Source: an uncultured delta proteobacterium (GTDB taxonomy: Bacteria; Desulfobacterota; Desulfobacteria; Desulfobacterales; JAHEIW01). From it: a stretch of DNA of 64,000 nucleotides. Below, in pieces: positions 44,069 to 54,508 of this stretch; the first letter of the stretch is position 1, and each line of letters begins with the position of its first letter. The translations under genes were made by a program, and so were the position numbers. The DNA lies in contig CAVPNL010000003.1 in assembly GCA_963706575.1 (NCBI GenBank), forward strand, positions 288,001-352,000, given 5' to 3'. Under the pieces are notes generated by a model. That model saw nothing but the letters and a program-made list of their open reading frames with translations. It searched no databases and was not told where the DNA came from.

Positions 44069-45034
44069 TTAACGTGGGACGGCAATTTCCTTTAGAATAG
44101 ATTCAATGACCTCCCTGACCGTCAGTCCCTCGATTTCATATTCGGGCCGCAGAATCAGTCGATGTTCCAGCACCGGATAAGCCATTGTTTTGATATCATC
44201 GGGGGTAACAAAGTCCCGCCCGCTAATAGTTGCAAACGCCCGGCTGGAAAGCAGCAACGCCTGGGTGGCCCGCGGCCCGGCGCCGACCATAACGCTTTGA
44301 TGGTTACGGGTTTTACGTACGATGTCCACCACGTAAGCGACCAGGTCTTCCTTGACGAGAATCCCTTCCAGGGCCGTGCGCAGTTTGGGTAAGACCTCCG
44401 GTTTGATGATCTGCTGAACCGCACCACTGGCCAGCGTATCCTCAGGCGTGTCTTTACCCAGCATTCGTCGCGCGAGCGTGAGTTCCTCATCTTCGCCGGG
44501 AAGATCCATATTAATTTTAAGCATAAACCGATCTTTCTGGGCTTCGGGCAGCGGATAGGTGCCCTCATATTCGATCGGGTTTTGGGTGGCAAACACTGTA
44601 AAATTCGCGGGCAGCGGATGCGTCTCGCGGTCGATGGTGACCGTGCGTTCCTGCATGGCCTGCAATAGTGCCGATTGCGTTTTGGCCGGTGCCCGGTTGA
44701 TTTCATCCGCCAGCAAAAAGGAGCAAAAAACCGGGCCCTTTACCAGCGAAAATTCACTGGTCTGCAGGTTAAAGACATGCGTTCCGGTGATATCGGTCGG
44801 CATCAAATCCGGCGTAAATTGAATACGCGCGAAATCACATTGCATCACGTGCGCCAGGGTCCGCACCAGCAGGGTTTTCGCTATTCCGGGCACGCCTTCG
44901 ATGAGCGCATGCGTGCCGGTAAAAATCGCAATCAACGCCTGATCGACCACATGCTCGTAACCGATGATCACCTTGGCGACTTCCTGTTTCGTTTTTAAAA
45001 GGACCTTTTTTAAAATTTCCGTATTTTCATTCAT
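44069..45034 (-). CDS. moxR: MoxR family AAA+ ATPase
   Basis: GVPGIAKT, RIQFTPDLMP, DEINRA, ATQNPIEYEGTYPLPEAQ.DRF. Confidence 0.95.
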   Translation of the reverse strand: MNENTEILKKVLLKTKQEVAKVIIGYEHVVDQALIAIFTGTHALIEGVPGIAKTLLVRTLAHVMQCDFARIQFTPDLMPTDITGTHVFNLQTSEFSLVKGPVFCSFLLADEINRAPAKTQSALLQAMQERTVTIDRETHPLPANFTVFATQNPIEYEGTYPLPEAQKDRFMLKINMDLPGEDEELTLARRMLGKDTPEDTLASGAVQQIIKPEVLPKLRTALEGILVKEDLVAYVVDIVRKTRNHQSVMVGAGPRATQALLLSSRAFATISGRDFVTPDDIKTMAYPVLEHRLILRPEYEIEGLTVREVIESILKEIAVPR

Positions 45035-46373
45035 CGTATCTTCCCTTTGAAATTATTTTACTGATCCGTCGATAACCGCTGACCGGATCAATGAATTTGG
45101 GGCTGCGTTCTGTTATCATTTTAAAGGCTGATTTTATTTTCGCCAGCTGATCGTTGCGAAACCGCTTTTCAGGTTGAATCGTGCGTTCCCATTCCCGTAT
45201 GCATGCCTGCAAAATGTGCCGGGTGGGGATATTACGGCGCAACAGGCTGATCAAACCCTGGGTGGAATCCCGATCCGAGATGAAATCTCCGTCCGGTTGT
45301 GCCTGGCTTCTCTTCGGCGGGGGCACAAAATAAACTGAATTCTTCCAGATGAACAAAAGCGCTAAAACTGCCACCGTAAATATAAACCAGTGAAAGCGGT
45401 ATTTTTTAATCAGGCTCAGTACCCCGGGGTGTTTGAAGATGCCGAAATGGGTTTCATCAAAGACGACGGTTGCGCTTTCACCGAGCGCCCAGGCTAAAAG
45501 TTCCGGATGGCGATCAGATCGCAGCGCTTCATTACTCAGGAAAAACGAATCCGCCGAAAGCACCAGACTGCCGCTGCCATAATATTTTTCAACAATGACC
45601 GGCCGGCCATCTGCAGCATAAATCACCTGCCAGGTGTCATCAAGATCATCAAAATACAGCGCGGTATGCCAGGAGATCGCTTGGGGCAGGCCGTTTAGAT
45701 CGGACGCGGATAGACCATCACGGACATTAGCCGCTTTATCCGGCGGCTTTTCGGCAAACGCAAAAACCAGCCCCCATTTATCTTTTAAAGAAACACAGTC
45801 GCCCTGCTTTACAGATGTCACGGGGTCGGGCCCTTCCTCCAATTTTTTATCTTCTTTATTTGGCGCATTTGAAGCATTTTCAGTTGGGTACGGCTTTGAT
45901 CGATTTTGCTTATCGTTGGATGCATCTTTTTGTCGGGCATTATCTTTATCTTCGATTTCATTTTTGGGCGCCGCGCATTTTGACATTCGCCAGTTTGGCG
46001 GTTTTTTCTCAACCGGCAGAAAAGACAAAACCAGGCGGCCGCCGGCATTTGTTAGTCGCTCAAATACCTTGAACCACTCTGCGGAAACGGAATCGGAATC
46101 AAATACGGATGTTCCGATATAAATAAAGGCAGTGTTTTCGTTAAATTCTAACGTTTGCACGGGATGGTAATTGCGACTGACCACAGCGTCATTAATATTT
46201 TCCAGACTGCTGTAGAATGCGCGGCTACCCAGCGGATCGCTGCGCAATGATGAATAGGCCGGATATACATCCCCGGCTTCAAAGCGCAGCAAAAATAACT
46301 TAAACACACCGAACATGAAGCCCGACACAATGACGAAGAAAATAATTATCCGTATGGCCTTAACGTTGAGCAA
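45027..46373 (-). CDS. DUF4350-type membrane-anchored protein
   Basis: N-terminal TM, SS..SDP.G..A, VFDETH, C-terminal TM; MoxR context. Confidence 0.7.
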   Translation of the reverse strand: MLNVKAIRIIIFFVIVSGFMFGVFKLFLLRFEAGDVYPAYSSLRSDPLGSRAFYSSLENINDAVVSRNYHPVQTLEFNENTAFIYIGTSVFDSDSVSAEWFKVFERLTNAGGRLVLSFLPVEKKPPNWRMSKCAAPKNEIEDKDNARQKDASNDKQNRSKPYPTENASNAPNKEDKKLEEGPDPVTSVKQGDCVSLKDKWGLVFAFAEKPPDKAANVRDGLSASDLNGLPQAISWHTALYFDDLDDTWQVIYAADGRPVIVEKYYGSGSLVLSADSFFLSNEALRSDRHPELLAWALGESATVVFDETHFGIFKHPGVLSLIKKYRFHWFIFTVAVLALLFIWKNSVYFVPPPKRSQAQPDGDFISDRDSTQGLISLLRRNIPTRHILQACIREWERTIQPEKRFRNDQLAKIKSAFKMITERSPKFIDPVSGYRRISKIISKGRYDE

Positions 46374-48000
46374 GTATCATTACCTTTTTTTGAATGGCCT
46401 CAAAATCGTCCAGATCAGGGCGGCTGATTTTATACATGCCGTACCAGACACGCTCAAATATTTCCCTGCCTTTGGAAAAGGCCGGCAACAAGCCCTTTTT
46501 TTGATGGGCCCTGCGCTGCAGTTCCATTTCATAATCTTGATTGGATTTAAACTTTTCAATCGTGATCAATTCGTGTTCAGCCAGATCGGCGAGGGATGCC
46601 AGATAGAACGCCCGGATTGCGAGACGCAATGACCCCTTTTCGGCCAGTTGGCGCGCCAGATCCAACCAGCGGTTTGCGGGCAAATCGTCAGCGGTGGTAT
46701 CTTCGTCTTCCAGATCGGGTGTGGATTCAACCGCCACCGCTGCTATTTCTGTGTGGGCCGCCTGCCGGCGCACCCATGAACGCCATAGAATATATACCAG
46801 CGCACACAAAAGCCCGATAAGCAGGGCAATAACGGCAATCCGCACGGATGACACCCAGTTTGCATCCGGTGAGGCAGCACGCCGCTCACCGCCGGGCAGC
46901 AGGCCGATCAGCCAATCGATCAGTTTGTTAATCCAGCTTATGATGGTATTAAAAGCCTTTGCCATTTTATCAATAATCCACGCCACCACCGAGGCGATAG
47001 GCCCCTCTGGCTCTTTTTCATCCTCAGCGATTCTCTCTCTGGGCATGCGCCAGACAAATTCCCGCCGTTCCATCACTTCGTCAATAGAGCGATCCAGTGC
47101 TTCGGGCGAGGTGAAACCGGTTTGGGTCGCTGTTAACGGTATGGGGTTGACGGCCAATAATGCCACAACCAAGACACCGATGACGGCCGCGTTGCGATTA
47201 CGCAGCAGGCCTTTCAATTCTGTTTTCAGATCGTCACCTGACTTCAAGGCCGCACCATAAAAACACCGCAGAACATAAACGGTCTTGACCAGCGGATTCA
47301 TACACAAATAGGTCATGCCGATGGTTACCACCCAGAAGGTTGTGTTGATGACGTGAGTTCCGCTCAGGGTAAACATGGATTCGATACCCAAATAATTTTT
47401 CAATAGGTGGGGCAAGACATAAATTGCAGCGGCGATATTTATAAAAACCACGCTGCCAAACATAAAAAAAACCGACATCAAAATATGATTCTGCCGCGGC
47501 CACAGCTTGGCCTGAAACCACGCTTTTTTGCATAACGTTCTCAGATCGTGAAGTTCGGTCGGCGCCACGACCGTTGCATTTTGATAGAAGGCATAGCACC
47601 AGCCAAACGGAAGGAAGACCAGGGCCGCCAGTGGTAGAATGAAAAAAGCGGTTGCATGAATGATGGTCTGATTTGCGGCAAGCGACAGAACGCGCTGCAA
47701 GGTCCATCGCGGCATTGGTTCTCCGCTGATTTTCAACTTTACCCTTGCAGCGAACACGACATGCCAGCATTTCATCCATATATAAAGCAGCGCAAGACCC
47801 AGAGAGGCCACCGCATGGTAGCTCCTGGCATCGGCGCTGCGACTCATATCGGCCCAAAAATAAAACAGGCCCAGTAAAAACGGCAACGTTCCGATCAAGT
47901 AGCTGGAAAGCAAAAACAGGGGCGTCTTTCGTAGTAAATGCACCGCTTCTTCCAAAAGGAGGACCACACCCTTGCGGTGTTGTTTTGATCTGGGTTTCAT
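46360..48000 (-). CDS. Membrane protein with DUF4129-like C-terminus
   Basis: Multi-TM; A.R..YLA.L..L, KSNQDY..EL, FERVWYG; start MKPRSK coupled to the upstream stop. Confidence 0.75.
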   Translation of the reverse strand: MKPRSKQHRKGVVLLLEEAVHLLRKTPLFLLSSYLIGTLPFLLGLFYFWADMSRSADARSYHAVASLGLALLYIWMKCWHVVFAARVKLKISGEPMPRWTLQRVLSLAANQTIIHATAFFILPLAALVFLPFGWCYAFYQNATVVAPTELHDLRTLCKKAWFQAKLWPRQNHILMSVFFMFGSVVFINIAAAIYVLPHLLKNYLGIESMFTLSGTHVINTTFWVVTIGMTYLCMNPLVKTVYVLRCFYGAALKSGDDLKTELKGLLRNRNAAVIGVLVVALLAVNPIPLTATQTGFTSPEALDRSIDEVMERREFVWRMPRERIAEDEKEPEGPIASVVAWIIDKMAKAFNTIISWINKLIDWLIGLLPGGERRAASPDANWVSSVRIAVIALLIGLLCALVYILWRSWVRRQAAHTEIAAVAVESTPDLEDEDTTADDLPANRWLDLARQLAEKGSLRLAIRAFYLASLADLAEHELITIEKFKSNQDYEMELQRRAHQKKGLLPAFSKGREIFERVWYGMYKISRPDLDDFEAIQKKVMILAQR

Positions 48001-48323
48001 TGCGGCTTCCACCACCCCATTTCCCATAACGTTCCTTCGTGAAATGAGGAAGGAAGCGACAGCAGAATTTGCCCCAGATAATAGAAGAATACCCATAGAA
48101 ACATTGCACCCAGCAGAAAATGGATAACCTTGGCAAATCGGCCAAACCGGCTTAGGCTGGAAGCATCGGCATTGATTTTGTTGCCCAGGCAGGCAGCACA
48201 CAGGACTTTGTCCTCATGCTCGGTCACACATTCGCGACAAAAATAGCGATGGCACTCCGGACAGCGGGCAACCGCTTCCCGTAACATATGATTGAAGCAT
48301 CGCTGATGCAGCAGATCTTCCAT
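47997..48323 (-). CDS. B-box-like zinc-finger membrane protein
   Basis: CxxH..CxxC...CxxC....CxxC followed by a TM helix. Confidence 0.8.
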   Translation of the reverse strand: MEDLLHQRCFNHMLREAVARCPECHRYFCRECVTEHEDKVLCAACLGNKINADASSLSRFGRFAKVIHFLLGAMFLWVFFYYLGQILLSLPSSFHEGTLWEMGWWKPQ

Positions 48324-49381
48324 CAGGACATCCTTTTCTCAGCACCGGTATCGATCGACGTGGTCGGCAGAGCTGAAGGCTGGTGAATGGCTTGCTGAGG
48401 ATTTCTTAATAGGAAAAGCCCCAGGATCCCGATAAAAGCAGCGCCGCTGATCGCAATAATATTAACCGTCATTATTAGGGGACTTTCCCAGGGCGTGGTA
48501 CTGGAAAGCAGCTTGAACAATTCCCATTGGTTCCGCAAAATTTCCGGGTGCCTGAATGCAATACCCATGCTGACAACATAGCCGGCAATAAAAGAAAAAC
48601 AAACATACCCCAGCGCCGCCCAGGTTAAGGTGCGAACAGAGCGGTTCAAATTACTCTCGTGCTGCTTGACCAGGGCCACGACCACACAGATTCCCAGCAG
48701 CATCGTTGCTGCCGATCCCAGAAGCGTCAGGGCCACATGGGTGAGCATAAAGCTGGCCGCGACGATGAGACCATCGGCGACCAATAAAGCAAATAAAAAT
48801 AAATGCACCCGCCCGTGTTCATGCTTTTGTCCTTCCAGCCCGTGTCTCTCGGTACCGCCTGTAGATCTTTCGGTTCGCCGGGCGGATGAGGAAACCTGTT
48901 GTTGATCAAAGACGGCCGGATTGATTCGTCCCTGTCGCTGTTCGATGATCGATCTAAGCCGGTTCATCACAGGTTCAGTCGTTTTTAAGCGATGCAGCGG
49001 ATACAATTTTTCAGTCTGAACAGCCGTTAGCAGAACCGTTTCACAGGTGGGGCCTTTTAAAACGTTTATCAGCAAAATAAGCAGTATGGCCGCAGCGATT
49101 ACTGCGGGAAAAAGCCGCCAGCCGCCCCCGGAAGTAACCGCAAAAAAACAGAATAGGCCCAACAGGGCCCCGAGAATTATATTCGCAATTCTTCCCGACC
49201 CGGTTTTACGAGTGATGATGGCCTGAATATCATCGAAGTAATATCGCTTATAGTCCTCTACACCCAACCGCGAATAGATCTGAAGCAAATGGTCGGAACC
49301 TTGCCAGAGGGTATGATGTCCGATTAAAAAGCCCTTTTTTTTACCGGGCAATCTTCGGTATGCTTGTGTTTTGTTGGCCAT
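48323..49381 (-). CDS. Hypothetical membrane protein
   Basis: Multiple TM segments, translationally coupled. Confidence 0.75.
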   Translation of the reverse strand: MANKTQAYRRLPGKKKGFLIGHHTLWQGSDHLLQIYSRLGVEDYKRYYFDDIQAIITRKTGSGRIANIILGALLGLFCFFAVTSGGGWRLFPAVIAAAILLILLINVLKGPTCETVLLTAVQTEKLYPLHRLKTTEPVMNRLRSIIEQRQGRINPAVFDQQQVSSSARRTERSTGGTERHGLEGQKHEHGRVHLFLFALLVADGLIVAASFMLTHVALTLLGSAATMLLGICVVVALVKQHESNLNRSVRTLTWAALGYVCFSFIAGYVVSMGIAFRHPEILRNQWELFKLLSSTTPWESPLIMTVNIIAISGAAFIGILGLFLLRNPQQAIHQPSALPTTSIDTGAEKRMS

Positions 49382-49444
49382 TTTTAGCTGAAATTAAAGT
49401 TCCTCAACAGATTTTTTGTGCTTCTTAAGATTAACCCCTTTAAT

Positions 49445-49521
49445 AATCACGAAAACACGAAATTAAAAAAGCACGAGATTTTTTGTTTTTCGTGTTTTTA
49501 CCTTTTCGTGCTTTCGTGATT
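49445..49521. repeat. Family-F hairpin element (CACGAAA .. TTTCGTG), copy 1
   Basis: Inverted tandem arms; second copy at 59289-59351. Confidence 0.85.
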
Positions 49522-49565
49522 AATTCTTTTTCTGCTGCTCAAGTTTAAGCAACTGTGTTTGGCCC

Positions 49566-50129
49566 CTATGTCGCCATCAGGCTGCCAAAAAACAGAATCC
49601 ACGCGGCAATTTGTAAACAGGCAATCGTAAAAGCCAGGACAAATCGGATTTTAGTCCGTGGAATGATACTGCCGGGAGCACCCCAGTATCGGATGACCAT
49701 AAAGAGAACGACGGGCGCTGTAATAAGGGTAAACCATACAAATATCATTGAAATCAGCGCGATATACAAAGCTACTTTGTCATAGCATACACGATGGTTT
49801 TCCAGATTTTTTATCTTGTGTTTGGTTTTCCCCGTTTCCAGACAGACCGGACAAAGATGCCGGTCGTTGAATTCAACGTCGCACAGCGCACATAAAAACC
49901 GACCACAGGACGAACAGGCGACGGCCGCCTTTTTCCCAGGGTGATAAAAGCAACCGGCTTCTTTCTCAGCCTGCAGTGGATCTCCGGTTTGGCCGGAGGG
50001 CAGTTTACGAAAAATAGCCGGATAAACATCCGCGCGTGTCAGTTCCTTACATGTCGGACACGGGATCAGCGCAAAGGTGTTGATCGTCTCAGTGTTGAAC
50101 GGTATTTTGCACTGGGTGCACGAAAGCAA
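49566..50129 (-). CDS. Zinc-ribbon/B-box membrane protein
   Basis: CxxC..CxxC, CFYHP..CSSCGRFLCALC..CPVC, then TM helices. Confidence 0.8.
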   Translation of the reverse strand: MLSCTQCKIPFNTETINTFALIPCPTCKELTRADVYPAIFRKLPSGQTGDPLQAEKEAGCFYHPGKKAAVACSSCGRFLCALCDVEFNDRHLCPVCLETGKTKHKIKNLENHRVCYDKVALYIALISMIFVWFTLITAPVVLFMVIRYWGAPGSIIPRTKIRFVLAFTIACLQIAAWILFFGSLMAT

Positions 50130-50202
50130 AACTTGGCTCCTTATGATTTATTTTTAACGGCCACACCGCCCCAACCGGCCGGATATGTCTATGAAATTTT
50201 AC

Positions 50203-50333
50203 TGGAGAGACGGAGTACTTAAGATTTCGGAATGCAGATTGCGGATTTCGTATTTCGAATGTGCGATAGGTTTGATATTTAAATCTAAAATCCGCAATCT
50301 AAAATCCGCAATTAATTTTGCTCCATTACTCCA
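50203..50333. repeat. Nested hairpin elements (GGAGT/ACTCC outer; GATTTCG/AATCCGC inner 50223-50312)
   Basis: Two sets of inverted tandem arms. Confidence 0.75.
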
Positions 50334-50347
50334 TGGAAAATTCAGAA

Positions 50348-51115
50348 TTAAATTTCTCCTGATTTTATCACCCGGGTATCACAGATTCGGTCATGCAGCG
50401 TGCGTTTTTGCTCGTCGAACCCGGCCATGATGTAACCAATACCCAGAATCAACCCGCTGATGTATTTTGCAAAATGCCGACCGATTGCCCTCGCAAAGCT
50501 GACCTTATCGCCTTCTGACATGACTACTTTTAATTTACAGGCCATTTTTCCCGGAGTGGCTGCATATTTGCCCACAAACCAGGATTCATAGATAGCGGGT
50601 ATGATAAAATTAAGAATCGCGGAGATCAGTTGAATAATGGCAAATGCAGCGGGCTCATCAAAGGAGGAGACCCCCATAAAGGTAAGCGGGACATAAATAA
50701 TGGCGCTGGCGATTGCCATGATAATATAGTCAATAAACCAGGCGCCCACACGGATCCAAAAACCGGCATATTCCATCTCACCGGCAAGCGTAACGCCTTC
50801 TTTGATTTTTTGAACAAAAAGCGGTTTACAGCTCGCGCACACCCACGCTTCGGCGAACCGAATCATATCATCTTCAGCAAAAGCCTGGCCGCATTCAGAG
50901 CATAAGGATTGCTTCACCGGCGAGGCCGCCTGTACCGCTTGGGAGCTCCCTTGGGTTTTGCGCCGCACAAAAAGGCCCAATTCTTCCCACCCTTGCATGC
51001 CGGGTTGCCACACGAGCGTCTGGGAATCAATTTTGCGGTTTTTTATCAGTGACTGCAGCTCGGTTTTGTCTATGGGACCGACCTGTCGGTCCCCATCGGC
51101 ATAATATAAATTCAT
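50348..51115 (-). CDS. GYF_2 (DUF4339) + zinc ribbon + RDD protein
   Basis: YY..G.QVGP..TLVW.PGM..W; CSECG..CASC; YAGFWIR, TPGK, HDRIC.T. Confidence 0.88.
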   Translation of the reverse strand: MNLYYADGDRQVGPIDKTELQSLIKNRKIDSQTLVWQPGMQGWEELGLFVRRKTQGSSQAVQAASPVKQSLCSECGQAFAEDDMIRFAEAWVCASCKPLFVQKIKEGVTLAGEMEYAGFWIRVGAWFIDYIIMAIASAIIYVPLTFMGVSSFDEPAAFAIIQLISAILNFIIPAIYESWFVGKYAATPGKMACKLKVVMSEGDKVSFARAIGRHFAKYISGLILGIGYIMAGFDEQKRTLHDRICDTRVIKSGEI

Positions 51116-51175
51116 TTTTATTCGATCCGGTTTCCAGGTTGCGAACCTAACTCTAATGTATTGATATATGAGTCT

Positions 51176-51202
51176 ATATCGGTTGCAGCCGCGAAAAACT
51201 TA
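51176..51202 (-). promoter_or_regulatory. sigma28 (FliA)-like promoter of the MoxR operon
   Basis: TAAG-N15-ACCGATAT. Confidence 0.6.
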
Positions 51203-51207
51203 AGCCC

Positions 51208-51247
51208 TAACGTCCTGATTGAGCAAAAAGGCTCAATCAGGACGTTA
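51208..51247. terminator. Perfect 17-bp hairpin, probable terminator of the aap operon
   Basis: TAACGTCCTGATTGAGC-6nt-GCTCAATCAGGACGTTA. Confidence 0.7.
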
Positions 51248-51376
51248 ATAATTATCAGAACAAATTTTGATTCCCACTATGACTAATAACGGATAGCAAA
51301 TAACGAATAACCAAGGGCTATTTTAGCATAAATCCGATTATTCGGCTTCATTTTTCGGGAAACGCAGGATGTGGCC

Positions 51377-52153
51377 CTAGTGCAAAATCTGGCTGAGAAA
51401 CAGTTTGGTGCGGTCGTGTTGGGGATTTTCAAAAAACTCTTCGGGTGTGTTGCCTTCTACAATTTGGCCGAAATCCATAAAAAGCACCTGGTGCGCCACG
51501 CTTTTGGCAAAACCCATTTCGTGACTGACCACGATCATGGTCATCCCTTCCTGGGCGAGTTCGATCATCGCATCCAGCACTTCCTTGATCATCTCAGGAT
51601 CAAGTGCAGATGTGGGCTCATCAAAGAGCATTATTTTCGGCGACATACAAAGACTGCGCGCAATGGCGACCCGTTGTTGCTGGCCGCCTGATAGCTGGCC
51701 GGGATATTTCTGGGCTTGTTCGGCAATTTGGACCTTCTCCAGATTATGCATGGCGGTTTCTTCGGCTTCTTTCTTGGGGATCTTCCGAACCCATATGGGT
51801 CCCAAAGTGAGATTGTCGAGGATGGTCAAATGCGGAAACAAATTAAAATGCTGAAACACCATGCCCACTTCGGCCCGTATTTTCTCAATATTTTTTAAGT
51901 CGTTCGTTAATTCGATCCCGTCCACTATAATTTTGCCCCGTTGATGTTCTTCAAGACGATTGATACATCGGATCAGCGTGGACTTACCGGACCCGGAAGG
52001 TCCGCAGATAACGATACGTTCCTGCTTTTTAACCGTAAGGTTAATGCCTTGCAGAACATGAAAATCGCCATACCATTTATGCATTTCGATAATTTCGATG
52101 ATGGCATCGTTTGCCATAGAACTTTCTGTCTTCTCTGACTTCTGGTTTACCAT
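51377..52153 (-). CDS. aapP: Amino-acid ABC transporter ATPase
   Basis: [25 protein letters not shown]. Confidence 0.9.
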   Translation of the reverse strand: MVNQKSEKTESSMANDAIIEIIEMHKWYGDFHVLQGINLTVKKQERIVICGPSGSGKSTLIRCINRLEEHQRGKIIVDGIELTNDLKNIEKIRAEVGMVFQHFNLFPHLTILDNLTLGPIWVRKIPKKEAEETAMHNLEKVQIAEQAQKYPGQLSGGQQQRVAIARSLCMSPKIMLFDEPTSALDPEMIKEVLDAMIELAQEGMTMIVVSHEMGFAKSVAHQVLFMDFGQIVEGNTPEEFFENPQHDRTKLFLSQILH

Positions 52154-52202
52154 AACGATTCTCTCATCTTGAATTTAGATTTAATTTAGCTTTTGTTGCT
52201 CA

Positions 52203-53297
52203 TTAAAGACCTGTTTCTAGCTCACGTTCTAAACGCCGGCTGTAATTGGACATAAAGAAACAGCATAAAAAATAAATCAGGGCCACAAAAATATAGGCTT
52301 CGGCTGAAAAACCCATCCACTTTGGATCGCTTAGAATCGTCTGTGTGGTTCTCAGCAAATCGAAAAGGGCAATGATAACCACCAGAGAAGTATCTTTAAA
52401 GGCTGATATCAATTGTTGAACTGAAGGCGGTATCACTATTTTTAAAGCCTGGGGAAGAATAACCAGCCGCATGGTCAGGTAATAGCTTAATCCTATAGAA
52501 TCTGCTGCCTCATACTGCCCGCGCGGGATGGCCTGCAATCCGCCACGAACGACTTCGGCAATATAGGCTGCGGTAAAAAGGATGATGGCAACCATGGCTC
52601 TTAAAATTTTGTTGATGGTAACACCCTCGGGTAAAAATAAGGGGAGTACGACCGAAGACATGAACAACATACTGATGAGGGGTACACCGCGGATGAGTTC
52701 AATATAAACAACGCTTAGTGTTTTTATCGCCGGCATTTTGGATCGGCGTCCCAAAGCCAATACAATCCCTAAGGGGTAAGCAACCGTTAAGCCGAAAACC
52801 GACAATGTTAGCGTTAATGGAAGCCCTCCCCATTGCGTGGTTTCAACCGGTGACAAACCGAGAAGCCCGCCTTTCATCAGGAGCCCCATCACAAAGAGGC
52901 CAATAAGCCAGGCATAGAGCAGTGATTTTTTCCAGTGATTTCGGTTCCGGCTATAGAATAGAAGCCCGATTAACAGCACCATAGCCACCAAAGGTCGCCA
53001 TTGCTGCTCATACGGGTAAAATCCGAAAATGATAAACCTTATATTGGCAGGTATAAGAGACCAGCAGGCACCATCGCTCTGCCGGCATTCCGCCCCTGTA
53101 GAGACCCAGAGGCTGTCGATAAACGCCCAGCGAATCAGCGGCGGTACGATCACCCACAAACAATAAACCGCTATGATGGTCAGAATGGAGTTAAACCAAC
53201 TATTAAATAAATTAAATCTTATCCAGCCGATGACGCCCACATGAGTCACCGGTGGTTTTATGACTTCGCTCTTTTTAATTTGATCCGCCTTTTCCAT
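52203..53297 (-). CDS. aapM: Amino-acid ABC transporter permease
   Basis: WGGL.LT, RGVPLI, FKDTSLV. Confidence 0.88.
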   Translation of the reverse strand: MEKADQIKKSEVIKPPVTHVGVIGWIRFNLFNSWFNSILTIIAVYCLWVIVPPLIRWAFIDSLWVSTGAECRQSDGACWSLIPANIRFIIFGFYPYEQQWRPLVAMVLLIGLLFYSRNRNHWKKSLLYAWLIGLFVMGLLMKGGLLGLSPVETTQWGGLPLTLTLSVFGLTVAYPLGIVLALGRRSKMPAIKTLSVVYIELIRGVPLISMLFMSSVVLPLFLPEGVTINKILRAMVAIILFTAAYIAEVVRGGLQAIPRGQYEAADSIGLSYYLTMRLVILPQALKIVIPPSVQQLISAFKDTSLVVIIALFDLLRTTQTILSDPKWMGFSAEAYIFVALIYFLCCFFMSNYSRRLERELETGL

Positions 53298-53305
53298 TCG
53301 GCAGT

Positions 53306-54508
53306 CTATCTTTCTACAAGGGCCATTTTTTTATTATACCAATTCATAAATGCGGACGTCGAAAGACTGAAAAAAAGATAAACCAACATGATCATGGCCA
53401 CGCCTTCAATCGCCTGTCCGGTTTGATTGATGGCTGTACCGGCAACTGAGACAAAATCGGGATAACCGATGGCCACTGCCAACGAACTGTTTTTGGTAAG
53501 GCTCAACATCTGACTGGTCAACGGCGGGATGATCACTCTCAGCGCCTGGGGTAAGATTACCAACTGCAGTACCCGGTTGGGTCTGAGTCCGATGGACATG
53601 GCCGCTTCCCGTTGCCCTTTGCTCACGGCTTGGATACCTGCGCGCACGGCTTCCGCAACAAAGGCTGCCGTATAAAGCACTAACCCCAGTAAAAGGGCAG
53701 TGAATTCGGGACTGACATTGAGTCCGCCTTGGAAATTGAAACCTTTGAGTTCAGGAACACTCATCGTGGTTGGAGTTCCCCCCGCCAACCAAACTAAAAG
53801 CGGGAGCAAGATGAGAATGCCGACGGATACGCTAAAAACAGGAAATGTCATGCCGGTTCTGGCCTGTCGCCTGCGCGCCCAGCGACGCAGAAAAAAAACA
53901 CTTACACAACCTGCCAGAAAAGCTAAAGCCATATAGGTATGCGCAGGATGGAATTCCGGAACGGCAAAAACAAGGCCGCGATTACTCAGGAAAACACCGT
54001 TAAACGGGCTCAATGCCTGTCGGGGACCCGGAAGGATTTCATAAAAGAATGCATACCAGAAGAAAAGCTGCAACAAGATCGGTATGTCCTGAAAGACCTC
54101 GATATAGACAGCCGCCACTTTGGATACCAGCCAATTTGTGGATAAGCGAGCGATACCCATCAAGGTGCCGAGGATAACCGTTAGGACAATCCCGATAAAT
54201 GAAACCAGCAGCGTATTTAAAACGCCAACAAATAAAGCGCGCGCGTATCTGTCTGCAGCGGAATAGGAAATTAAAGATTCACCGATTTCAAAAGAAGCTT
54301 CCTTTTGAAGAAAACCGAACCCCGTGGCTATGGCTTGCCTTTCAAGGTTGGCGATGGTGTTGGAAACGAGATAATATCCGAGCAGCCCCACCATAGCCAG
54401 GACGCCCAGCTGATAAAGAATGGATCGCTTACGCGGATCATACCAGAAAGCAACTTTACCCGATGCTGGGCTGGGCGCGGCGGCTGCGGTTTCCTTCATC
54501 ATCTTCAA
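53306..54508 (-). CDS. aapQ: Amino-acid ABC transporter permease
   Basis: TGFGFL, GFNFQGG, KNSSLAVAIGYPD. Confidence 0.88.
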   Translation of the reverse strand: MKMMKETAAAAPSPASGKVAFWYDPRKRSILYQLGVLAMVGLLGYYLVSNTIANLERQAIATGFGFLQKEASFEIGESLISYSAADRYARALFVGVLNTLLVSFIGIVLTVILGTLMGIARLSTNWLVSKVAAVYIEVFQDIPILLQLFFWYAFFYEILPGPRQALSPFNGVFLSNRGLVFAVPEFHPAHTYMALAFLAGCVSVFFLRRWARRRQARTGMTFPVFSVSVGILILLPLLVWLAGGTPTTMSVPELKGFNFQGGLNVSPEFTALLLGLVLYTAAFVAEAVRAGIQAVSKGQREAAMSIGLRPNRVLQLVILPQALRVIIPPLTSQMLSLTKNSSLAVAIGYPDFVSVAGTAINQTGQAIEGVAMIMLVYLFFSLSTSAFMNWYNKKMALVER

